Shown in pieces: positions 23,321-34,883 of a stretch of DNA of 35,424 nt. The translations under genes were made by a program, and so were the position numbers. Under the pieces are notes generated by a model. That model made no database searches, was not told the DNA's origin, and saw only the letters and a program-made list of their open reading frames with translations. The stretch is from Octopus bimaculoides (taxonomy: Eukaryota), in assembly GCF_001194135.2 (NCBI RefSeq), contig NC_068995.1, forward strand, positions 22,511,749 to 22,547,172, in the 5' to 3' direction. Within the stretch, counting starts at the first letter, position 1; each line of letters starts with the position of its first letter.

Positions 23321-24600
23321 GCATTCTCCTATTAAACATTCTATGGAATGGATTTCTTGTTTAATCTACACATCTGAAATCGCTTTAATTTATTCCTCCT
23401 TTCAACTATATTTTTATATGCGGCATACTAAACATGCAGTTGTGAATATATACGTATGCGTATATACGTATTGTGTATGTGTATAATGTATGTATGTAGA
23501 TATATATANNNNNNNNNNNNNNNNNNNNNNNNNNNNNNNNNNNNNNNNNNNNNNNNNNNNNNNNNNNNNNNNNNNNNNNNNNNNNNNNNNNNNNNNNNNN
23601 NNNNNNNNNNNNNNNNNNNNNNNNNNNNNNNNNNNNNNNNNNNNNNNNNNNNNNNTTATGTATATATAAATGTGTATGTTTATATGTATACATGTTTGTA
23701 TTATGTATATATAAATGTTTGTATTTCTGTGGGTATGTTTATGCATGTCTATACGTGTACGTATACTGGCATAAGTTTACACAGACAATGGTTTTTTACT
23801 ATATCTTTTCTGTTCGTACCCTTCCCCACTTGATATGCTACTGATTCTTTTTGTTCTTTCATTTTTATTCTTCTTTCTTTAACAGTTAACGCTATGTGTA
23901 TTAGAAGCTTCCATGTACTAAATTGTGTTTCAATACTTACATACGGGAACGTATTGTGTATATATGTGTGAAGATATATATGTATATATTTGTACATATA
24001 TGCATATGTTTGCCTGTGTATGTTAGCATGTATGTATGTGTGTATGTATTCGCTTTTGTATGTTTTTGCATATATATGTATGTATATGTTTCTTTATAGT
24101 GTGAGCAAGAATAATGATGCATGCATACGTTTGTATTTATGTGAATAACTTATGTCTATATATTTACGCATATAGATTTCCGTAAGAGAATATTATTTTT
24201 AAAAACAGACTTTCATTTATATTAACTAAACTTATTTACCATATACTAATTTACACTGGATATGCATGTTTTCCTTTTTAAACTAAGAATTTCTTTTTGA
24301 GTTAAGGTTTTCTTTGAGTTTATGCAACACGACACGTATGCATTTAATAATTAATCTTTTTATTCATATTCACTGCTTCTTAAAAAGCGATTAGTTGAAA
24401 TAACGAGTGATATGCAAATGGGTATCTGTCAATGTGAATTGCAATCTAATATACTATACGTACAACTTATTTCTTGTTCCATCCTCAATCACATTTGTCC
24501 GACGAACGGGAACGTGAAACTCTGAGTAGCAGGGTTTCGTGATATATTTGTGATGGTTTTGCAGCTTTAATAATAAAGTATATATGCATTTATATATGTT

Positions 24601-24974
24601 ACTCTTTTAATTGTTTCAGTATTTTACTGTGGCCATGCTGGAGCACCGCTTTTAGTCGAACAAATCGACCCCAGGACTTATTCTTTGGATGCCTAGTATT
24701 ATTCTATCGGTCTCTTTTACCGAACCGCTATGTTACGAGGACGTAAACACACCAGCATCGGTTGTCAAGCGATGTTGGGGAACAAACACAGACATACAAA
24801 CATATACACACACATATATATATGTATACATATATACGACGGGCTTCTTTCAGTTTCCATCTACGAACTCCACTCACAAGGTTTTGGTCGGCCCGAGGCT
24901 ATAGTAGAAGACAATTGCCCAAAGTGCCTTGTAGTGGGACTGAAGCCAGAACCATGTGGTTGATAAGAAAGCTA
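24601..24974 (-). mobile_element. tRNA-derived SINE family B with internal (TA)/(TG) microsatellite; 5' ~25 nt missing at this position
   Basis: Reverse complement TAGCTTTCTTATCAACCACATGGTTCTGGCTTCAGTCCCAC (B-box region), GGCACTTTGGGCAATTGTCTT (CORE-like), GGAAACTGAAAGAAGCCCGTCG, microsatellite, then ...GGCGGTGCTCCAGCATGGCCACAG...ACTGAAACAATTAAAAGAGT. Confidence 0.9.
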
Positions 24975-24975
24975 T

Positions 24976-27030
24976 TTTATTTCATTTTATTTGCCATAAA
25001 GGCAGTACATAGAGTAGCTGCGGGCTGGACAACACATTAATGAATGAAAATGAAATGACATAAAATAAATAAATGAGAGACGAAACCCGACGCCCGCCGA
25101 TTGGGTTTTTCTCGAAAATATATTTTCTTTTTTTAAAAAAAACAATATGAGGTTTCAGACCTCTTACAAAAAGTAGGCATTAAAACCTCTTACTTAACAT
25201 TAAAAAAAAAAAACACAATTAAGGTTTTAAATCACTACAAATAATGCAATATGATGCGGTTTCAAACTCTCTTAACGAGCCTTTTTCACCTCCTATTCAT
25301 CGATATATCCATCAATATATCTATCGTTATCTTTATTGCCGCTTGATATTCGTACCCCACCATTTCCCATGGCTCACTCATTTACGAGGCATATATCATG
25401 TTAGGGTCAACTGGCCATATGTGACGATCCTCTTTAATTATTCTAAGCTTTTCCCACGCGGCAATACTTATGACCTTCACAGCTAACTGCGGAGGCCATT
25501 CGGGATCCCGTGTGCAGGCCATATCTACTGTCTCTTTATGTTCTATTATTTTTCCATCTCCCCGCCCTTGTAGAAAAAGATAAGTAATTTTTCATCTTCA
25601 GGAGTGGGGGTCGATTCTTCCACTGTAGGAGGCACAACTTCGGGACATACAAACGGCACATCATCGTCCACCTGCAATGACTCGTTCTTTTTGTCCTTTT
25701 CTTGCTGACTTCGGGAGAGTGGAGCTCTTCCGCTTTAAACGGACTCTCTCCCCTGCCTCCCGAAGCCTTAGAGTCCTTCATTGGGCAACCACTGTTGCGC
25801 GCTTTCTTCCTTTTTAACCCTTTTTGGTTTGAGGATGCTGAAACCTCCTCAACCAAATCCACCTCTCCAATTGACCGGGTAGGGGAGTAGGCTTCCAGTA
25901 ACTGTTCCAAGACCTTACCATGGTCCTGGGGGCAGTTCTTTTTAATATGGCCAGACACGAGTGACACTTGTGGGAGCCTCCCTCAAGTATCATCGGATAC
26001 CTGCTGCCAGCCATTTTTAAAATGTCTGGAAAGACTATTTCGGCCGCGGCGGATGGGCTCTACAGGATCAAAATCGCTTTTGATCCCTCCCAATCGGTCA
26101 CCATCGTCACTTTTACATTTAAGAGCCTGGGTCCGCTATCCTCCAGGCCCTTCCGGATGGTATCCCCAATCCACACCGCTTTGGTGCCCGAGAGTAGACC
26201 ACATATCCAGGCTCTTATCACCTTCCTCCCACAATATGTGGCAAGCAACAATATTAATTCCCCTTCTAGGGGCTAGGCTTGCAGCAATGCAAGCTTCTTC
26301 AGGGGTGTCAAAAAGCAACCACACCGTTGCATATTTGACACCCCTGAACGCAAAATAATTTTTAGCTGGCAAACATTTTGCCAGCTCTTGAGCAATAATA
26401 TCCCTATCGAAGAGGGCGTTGGCGTCACGCGACCTAGAACAGGTCCGTAATACCACTGTCCTCTTCTCAAGGTCTTAAAGCCACGGCTTGGGTGGCACAA
26501 TCTCCCAATCCAAAGCAGTAGTCTTCTGTTTTAACATTTTTCCTGCAATAACTAAATATTCAAATAGGAAATAATTATTCACAAAAAAATAGAATCTCAA
26601 AATGATGACAGTTCAGAAAAAAAAGAAATAGTTTAGTGAACGAAAGAGAAACAAAAAAAAAGGGAAGACTAGAAAAACGGAAAACAGCTCAATGAAAAAG
26701 TAAAGAAAAAGAAATGAGATACGCCGTACTCCAGCCCTGGATCGAACTGGTACTCCGTTGCAGTCAAATAAACACACAATATTCCTGGTCCGTAATCCAG
26801 CGATCGAAGTGAAAAAAAAAATCTTTAAATGGTTTCTGTTTGGTGAACTTGGTTATATCATAGTAATGACCACCAGTAGCCAGCCACACACACTATGCCT
26901 AGAACAAGCAACAATTCAATCAAATTTTCGACACTGCCAAGCACAAGCGAAATGCCCCAAAGCGGGTCAGAATATACTGTAAAAATAAAAGCACAATACT
27001 TCTACCCGGCTCCCCAAAAAGCAAACAGAC
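24976..27030 (-). mobile_element. ~2-kb putative non-autonomous retroelement carrying only an ORF1/gag-like gene
   Basis: GC-richer block with a disrupted ~415-codon frame, A/T-rich 3' region ending in two AATAAA, no RT or endonuclease motif; boundaries approximate. Confidence 0.6.
25286..26537 (-). pseudogene. ORF1-like nucleic-acid-binding protein pseudogene (RRM-like motif plus CCHC zinc knuckle)
   Basis: Stitched translation MLKQKTTALDWEIVPPKPWL*DLEKRTVVLRT...TVWLLFDTPEEACIAA...[fs]YCGRKVIRAWICGL...YPMILEGGSHKCHSC[~7-nt deletion]GHIKKNCP...low-complexity tail...DPEWPPQLAVK...NRR*. At least three stops and about four frameshifts. Confidence 0.75.
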
Positions 27031-27085
27031 ACTCCTATATATATATATATATAAATACATACATACATGCGCCTATATATATATA

Positions 27086-27753
27086 NNNNNNNNNNNNNNN
27101 NNNNNNNNNNNNNNNNNNNNNNNNNNNNNNNNNNNNNNNNNNNNNNNNNNNNNNNNNNNNNNNNNNNNNNNNNNNNNNNNNNNNNNNNNNNNNNNNNNNN
27201 NNNNNNNNNNNNNNNNNNNNNNNNNNNNNNNNNNNNNNNNNNNNNNNNNNNNNNNNNNNNNNNNNNNNNNNNNNNNNNNNNNNNNNNNNNNNNNNNNNNN
27301 NNNNNNNNNNNNNNNNNNNNNNNNNNNNNNNNNNNNNNNNNNNNNNNNNNNNNNNNNNNNNNNNNNNNNNNNNNNNNNNNNNNNNNNNNNNNNNNNNNNN
27401 NNNNNNNNNNNNNNNNNNNNNNNNNNNNNNNNNNNNNNNNNNNNNNNNNNNNNNNNNNNNNNNNNNNNNNNNNNNNNNNNNNNNNNNNNNNNNNNNNNNN
27501 NNNNNNNNNNNNNNNNNNNNNNNNNNNNNNNNNNNNNNNNNNNNNNNNNNNNNNNNNNNNNNNNNNNNNNNNNNNNNNNNNNNNNNNNNNNNNNNNNNNN
27601 NNNNNNNNNNNNNNNNNNNNNNNNNNNNNNNNNNNNNNNNNNNNNNNNNNNNNNNNNNNNNNNNNNNNNNNNNNNNNNNNNNNNNNNNNNNNNNNNNNNN
27701 NNNNNNNNNNNNNNNNNNNNNNNNNNNNNNNNNNNNNNNNNNNNNNNNNNNNN
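27086..27753. other. Assembly gap (N) flanked by (AT)n
   Basis: Read directly. Other gaps: 1193-1202, 21775-21784, 22897-22906, 23509-23655, 28863-29796, 30233-31005. Confidence 0.99.
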
Positions 27754-27776
27754 TATATATATATATATATATATAT

Positions 27777-28103
27777 GAGGAGCCCCCCTTTGGTCATGAA
27801 TGACCATGCGATTCCACCTCGAAAGTTACCTTCCGAGGCACAAGTACAGTCAAAGTTGTTTATGGAAGACCACCTGCCATCCATGCATACCAGCCTCCCC
27901 TCTCCACACTATTGATTTTATCCAAGGGAAAGGCAAAGGCCGATACACCTTGGCACCAATGATGTCGCAACTCATTTTAATAGGGGTTACGTGAAATAAA
28001 GTGTCTTGCTCAAGAACACAACGCGCAGCCTGCTCCGAGAATCGATCTCACCACTTCACGATCATGAGCTCGACACTCTAACCACTGAGCCATGCGCTTT
28101 CAC
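27777..28103 (-). mobile_element. tRNA-derived SINE family C
   Basis: Reverse complement GTGAAAGCGCATGGCTCAGTGGTTAGAGTG (A box TGGCTCAGTGG), GATCGATTCTC (decayed B box), GTTGTGTTCTTGAGCAAGACACTT (CORE-like). (TA)n on both sides. Confidence 0.88.
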
Positions 28104-28812
28104 TATATATATGTAGACTATGCGCATATATCTGTTTTTGTACGTACATGTATGTATGGACGTATGTATGTCTACGTACCTGCCTGCCTGTCTATCTGTG
28201 TGTATTTATGTACGTAAATTCGTATTTATGTACGTAAGTACGTATATTCGTATTATTCACGAATTCAACTTGTATTCTATATGTTTATACGTAACCAAAC
28301 ATATAAAGCTATGATTTAAATTAGAAATATGCAAATTTTACCAACAACCATCTTGTTTTGATTGTGTCACTAGGAAATTCCTCTCACCCTTTCGCATACA
28401 TTCATCAATAAGATACCGCTCAGTAATACAGAATATCGGCGATTATCGCCGATAATCTGAACAAGCATTAATTCTTTAACATGTTAATTCTATTGTAAAC
28501 TCTCAGCAAACAGCATGGAAGCGTTCTTTACCGAGTGTTCCTTCCGTCTACGACTTCATTCACTTATGTTTTACATTACATTTCTTCAAACTTAATCGAA
28601 CATGCTTTGTATGTATTGGCTGTATCTACCTTAAATTGCAGTGACTTCAAAATAACATTTGGCAGGACGCAATTTTCAAAACGTAAGCAATTATTAGAAT
28701 AATCTTCAATTGAATTCTGTATTACCGTTGCTGAAGAGACTCTACGAACAAACACATATAGAACAACATATAACGGTGAGTATGAACAAGCGTAGCATCT
28801 ATCTATCTATCT

Positions 28813-28862
<50 letters not shown>

Positions 28863-29796
28863 NNNNNNNNNNNNNNNNNNNNNNNNNNNNNNNNNNNNNN
28901 NNNNNNNNNNNNNNNNNNNNNNNNNNNNNNNNNNNNNNNNNNNNNNNNNNNNNNNNNNNNNNNNNNNNNNNNNNNNNNNNNNNNNNNNNNNNNNNNNNNN
29001 NNNNNNNNNNNNNNNNNNNNNNNNNNNNNNNNNNNNNNNNNNNNNNNNNNNNNNNNNNNNNNNNNNNNNNNNNNNNNNNNNNNNNNNNNNNNNNNNNNNN
29101 NNNNNNNNNNNNNNNNNNNNNNNNNNNNNNNNNNNNNNNNNNNNNNNNNNNNNNNNNNNNNNNNNNNNNNNNNNNNNNNNNNNNNNNNNNNNNNNNNNNN
29201 NNNNNNNNNNNNNNNNNNNNNNNNNNNNNNNNNNNNNNNNNNNNNNNNNNNNNNNNNNNNNNNNNNNNNNNNNNNNNNNNNNNNNNNNNNNNNNNNNNNN
29301 NNNNNNNNNNNNNNNNNNNNNNNNNNNNNNNNNNNNNNNNNNNNNNNNNNNNNNNNNNNNNNNNNNNNNNNNNNNNNNNNNNNNNNNNNNNNNNNNNNNN
29401 NNNNNNNNNNNNNNNNNNNNNNNNNNNNNNNNNNNNNNNNNNNNNNNNNNNNNNNNNNNNNNNNNNNNNNNNNNNNNNNNNNNNNNNNNNNNNNNNNNNN
29501 NNNNNNNNNNNNNNNNNNNNNNNNNNNNNNNNNNNNNNNNNNNNNNNNNNNNNNNNNNNNNNNNNNNNNNNNNNNNNNNNNNNNNNNNNNNNNNNNNNNN
29601 NNNNNNNNNNNNNNNNNNNNNNNNNNNNNNNNNNNNNNNNNNNNNNNNNNNNNNNNNNNNNNNNNNNNNNNNNNNNNNNNNNNNNNNNNNNNNNNNNNNN
29701 NNNNNNNNNNNNNNNNNNNNNNNNNNNNNNNNNNNNNNNNNNNNNNNNNNNNNNNNNNNNNNNNNNNNNNNNNNNNNNNNNNNNNNNNNNNNNNNN
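28863..29796. other. Assembly gap (N) flanked by (AT)n
   Basis: Read directly. Confidence 0.99.
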
Positions 29797-30128
29797 ATAT
29801 ATATATATATATATGTACACATATGAAAACACGCACTCACACTATATAGATATACATACATACATGCATGCATACATACATACATACATACATACGTACA
29901 TACATACATACATACGTAAGAGTGCACGTATTTGATTTTCTTTACGAACCGTTTTCTATTCTTCGCAGAGCTGTTGTCATTTATTAATATTGGCACGAAT
30001 CTTTTGTAATGCAACAATATCCACCATAGCTGTCCCTTCCTACTTTATATTCTTTTCATCTCGGTCTTGGTCGTAGGTTTCCTAATAAATTCTGAACAAT
30101 GTAAGATATGAACAATAATTTCATACTA

Positions 30129-30166
<38 letters not shown>

Positions 30167-30232
30167 TCTCTCACACATACACACATACACACAAATACAC
30201 ACACATATACACACAAATATATATATATATAT

Positions 30233-31005
30233 NNNNNNNNNNNNNNNNNNNNNNNNNNNNNNNNNNNNNNNNNNNNNNNNNNNNNNNNNNNNNNNNNNNN
30301 NNNNNNNNNNNNNNNNNNNNNNNNNNNNNNNNNNNNNNNNNNNNNNNNNNNNNNNNNNNNNNNNNNNNNNNNNNNNNNNNNNNNNNNNNNNNNNNNNNNN
30401 NNNNNNNNNNNNNNNNNNNNNNNNNNNNNNNNNNNNNNNNNNNNNNNNNNNNNNNNNNNNNNNNNNNNNNNNNNNNNNNNNNNNNNNNNNNNNNNNNNNN
30501 NNNNNNNNNNNNNNNNNNNNNNNNNNNNNNNNNNNNNNNNNNNNNNNNNNNNNNNNNNNNNNNNNNNNNNNNNNNNNNNNNNNNNNNNNNNNNNNNNNNN
30601 NNNNNNNNNNNNNNNNNNNNNNNNNNNNNNNNNNNNNNNNNNNNNNNNNNNNNNNNNNNNNNNNNNNNNNNNNNNNNNNNNNNNNNNNNNNNNNNNNNNN
30701 NNNNNNNNNNNNNNNNNNNNNNNNNNNNNNNNNNNNNNNNNNNNNNNNNNNNNNNNNNNNNNNNNNNNNNNNNNNNNNNNNNNNNNNNNNNNNNNNNNNN
30801 NNNNNNNNNNNNNNNNNNNNNNNNNNNNNNNNNNNNNNNNNNNNNNNNNNNNNNNNNNNNNNNNNNNNNNNNNNNNNNNNNNNNNNNNNNNNNNNNNNNN
30901 NNNNNNNNNNNNNNNNNNNNNNNNNNNNNNNNNNNNNNNNNNNNNNNNNNNNNNNNNNNNNNNNNNNNNNNNNNNNNNNNNNNNNNNNNNNNNNNNNNNN
31001 NNNNN
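30233..31005. other. Assembly gap (N) flanked by (AT)n
   Basis: Read directly. Confidence 0.99.
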
Positions 31006-31039
<34 letters not shown>

Positions 31040-31463
31040 TGTGTGTGTGTGTGTGTGTGTAAATGTGTCTATATGTAGCATGAAAACGCGTTTATATTAT
31101 ATATATATATATATTCTCGTATATGGCATTACGTGCAAATTATTAATGTGTACAATTATACGCTCGTGGTTAAGTGAGTTGTTTATGTTTTGTTTTTGTT
31201 TTTTACCTTTATACATACACATAAATATGCCTATTCTCATTGTCTTTCGCTATTTTTCATATATTGCTTTCTCTTTCATACTTACGTATAGCCATGTAAT
31301 TACGAATGTAACCCACAGAAAATATACATACAATAAAATTACATACAATAAAATTACATACAAGCGCATACACCCACATCGACGCCTAAACACATACATT
31401 TATACATATTCACACACACACACTCACACTCACATATATATATTTATATTTGCATGTATATAA

Positions 31464-31507
<44 letters not shown>

Positions 31508-33909
31508 ATGTATATATGTATGTGCGTATGTGTGAACCTCTATCTATATATAGACGTGTATGCATATACAAATATACATGAATAAGTATACACGCGCACC
31601 CATATACACACTCTCATATATATCATTCATTGTTTTGATTATTGACTTTTTGCTAGATGTATTGTATACATCAAACAAAAACCCTGATTATTACGTACAA
31701 AAAACAATTCACGTCGCTCATTGCTTGCTTTCAATATTAATCAATACTGTTATGTGCATCAATAGGCAATAATCTATTGGAACTGAAGGCTATATGCAAC
31801 CGTCTATCACTATTGCTTGGTGCATGTTTTCCAATAGCTGGCTTTATGGCATAAAATTATTAATTATACGCAACATAAACATTCATATTATTATATTCTT
31901 ATCGCGGTGAGCACGAATAGGTAGTGATGCATTCTTGGCATACTAAATTCCTCGTTCTGAAGAACTTACCAATCTGTAATTCAATAACGATATATAGCAA
32001 AGCATGGACCCATTTTATTATTTTTTGTATTTATTTATTTTATCAGTTCACCCCATGTATAAACCTTAAGAATTCTACCTAAGAAATTATCAAAGTTATC
32101 AACACCATACTAATGTGCAGCTGAAAAAAATTGCAAATTGTCTTAGAAGACGCTACTCATCTATGTTCTATTACCTATATAAGAGATTGCCCATATGTCC
32201 GCCGTTAATATTCGTGAGAGAAATCATAGAATCAAATCATTCACTTTTTTTTCTTTGCTTCAGAAGTATAGCTTCCAAGTTTTTGAGAGCGTCTTGAAGT
32301 TAACTAAATGTATCAGAATTTCGGCATTTATCATGTCTTTCTTAGACAACTGTTAGGATTTTATATTACCTATATAGAATCCCGTTTAAAACATAAGCTA
32401 CCCTTTAACACTGGAAAATCCAACATCCCTGTTGGTACAGCTATTACAAAATAACACCGGATTTATCTATGCAGACATTAAAAATATAAGTATAACGCAA
32501 AAGCAGCATACATTTTCCTGAAGCCGTAGGAGACGTTAAGAAGTAAATTGGAAAAAAAAGTAAGTCTGCTTATATACTCGTCTTACAACTTTGGTGAACA
32601 CAAGGCAGTATGTCGCCAGAACTTCTGAAAACAATAACTACTTCACAATCAAATTACATCTTGTCAAATAAAAGAAAAACAAATTATTCACTATTTGATA
32701 TTCAGATATAAAGGAAAGGTAGCCATGGAAGGAATATTTTTGATCAAAGTACTGATCGGACAACAATAGAGTGTCATAACTGCACAAAGGATGTTACATC
32801 CATTTTGGTTTATTTTTGAATGATATTATAACGAACGACAATAAATCACGCACTAACCAACAACGGAACCTTATGTATTCTCTAGATGCGTCATACTTAA
32901 CTGTGCAATGTATCTCTTATGGCCTCCTAGCAGCTTACAAAACTGATCAGTTTAAAATGTGGCTGGAATTTCATAGCCAGAATGTCTTTGAATACAATAC
33001 TACTTAATCTTTATCCGATGGTTAACAGTAAAACAATGATGACGAAGACGACGACAACAATAACAACAGCTACATACGTTCGCACACCAACCTTATATTA
33101 AGCCCATCTATATATTAAAAAATATGTACAATATGAAACACTTTCTGGGCATGTGGTGCCCCTGTCGATATATACTTCATTAGTCCCTAACGATAAATAA
33201 GGGATCAACCAAAATACATAGAGCAAATGCAGAATAATCAAGTTCGCTACGTAGTAAAACTTGAAGAATATCACCCTCACACAATTATGACAAATACTAA
33301 ACAACGTATGTAGAAAAATAACAAGAAGATCAAATGGTCTTCAACTACAAACTTTATACTACTCTTACACTGCCTATGAACATCCGAAAATACAAAACTG
33401 ATCGGCTTCTAATTACGTGTATCTCTTTTGTGTTATCTGTGGCATGCTGATATAATCATAAGTTAGCATAAAATGGAGGTATGGCATATGAAGTAGGGGG
33501 TTGTAATCCTTTCAGGATACCTTGTCGTTCTCTAACCGTCAGCTCTCACCTATGGCTGCACAAACTCGTGATAAATGTTAATGCAACAATTTCAGAAGGA
33601 AGATATTGGTAGCTAAGTTACAGCAGGTTGTGGCTGGCAGAGAACTTTTGGTAAAATTATTTAAAATCTTGTCACCCGACACATATGAAGATGGGTTGTC
33701 AGGCAGACCATAAAAGTAAATCAATCAGGAGTCAAATTTCAAAGGTCAGAAAGACGATATAGCAACCTCACTGAAGAATGCATAGCTCAGGGTATATTAA
33801 GGTAATAGATTGTCTAGACCATTGCACATAATCTCGAGATTTCTTTCGATTGCCTTGATCAGCATTATATTTCATTCAAGAAATAAGGAACAAGAGTGAA
33901 TGAGACAAA

Positions 33910-34000
33910 TAGAAGAAAGAAAGAAAGAAAGATATGTATATAGATAGGTAGATAGATAGGTAGATGGATAGAGAGAGAGGGGGAAAGGTGAGAGAGGGAA
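33910..34000. repeat. (GAAA)/(GATA)/(GA) compound microsatellite
   Basis: Read directly. Confidence 0.9.
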
Positions 34001-34819
34001 GTCGTACGGTTGGCACATCTCTTCCCCAATACGTCCAATGTCCAGCGCGAGACTTAAGACCCGAACCACTTAGAATCATATATAAATGATATACAATTTG
34101 GTAGAGTTGAGGTGGTCTCGGTATCGAGCGAGGAAACTACATCCATTGATGAACATTGTCAGCGTGCGCAGGATGTTTGCTGTAGTTGATACTCACTAAA
34201 CTGTGCGATAATTTGTAAGAAATCTTCATCTTTGGATGGATAACAAGAATAGCATAATTCAGATAAAGCCTTTTTTCTTAATTTCATCGGCAACAAAGTG
34301 ATAGCAGGCCAAAATCATATGAATATTAGCTAATAAATATAAGTTACTAACTTAGATATAATTATGAAATTAGTAAATGCAATAATTTAAAGGTTACATT
34401 GTACAGAAGGAGTACACAGATACATGTATATATGTACAGAAACCAGACGTATTTTTATCTTCATGCGTATAAGCATGTACATAGTAGTGTATTTTATGGA
34501 TTGAGCAGCGCAATAGCGTTTGAGATATCAAATACAAGGCAGGTATCGAAATGAAGGGGTGCAAACAGACACAAAATGATAAACCAAAACTAGCAACATG
34601 GTTTAAGACATGTCTGTTATTTTAATAACTCTTAGTTGAAATATCCTGCATTCTCACCATTCTACTCGAATTCTGATTTATGGCTAACCTTCAAAAGCAG
34701 AAATAAATCAATTTAATATAACTTTCTACCAACCAACAGAGTACAAATACATAATTTCCTCTTATGATACCCTCCCCGTAATTTTTCTATCTCACACCTG
34801 ATAACCTACCAATGATAGA

Positions 34820-34832
34820 TAGACAGAGAGAA

Positions 34833-34880
<48 letters not shown>
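34820..34880. repeat. (GA)n microsatellite
   Basis: Read directly. Confidence 0.97.

Positions 34881-34883
<3 letters not shown>

Noticed and set aside
26715-26800. Possible tRNA gene
   Set aside because: The T-stem has two mismatches and there is no acceptor stem or D-arm; kept only as a B-box-like note.
1193-31005. All seven gaps sit in (AT)n-type or (AAT)n tracts
   Set aside because: Expected short-read assembly failure at long AT repeats, not biology; gap contents are unknown.
26895-31463. Long ORFs of 244-451 aa
   Set aside because: They are mostly X from assembly gaps plus (AT)n flanks.
23885-34230. Strong acceptor-like tracts at ~23885, ~32046 and ~32263 (plus) and donor-like sites at ~31970 and ~34197 (minus)
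   Set aside because: No matching partner site giving a credible coding exon.
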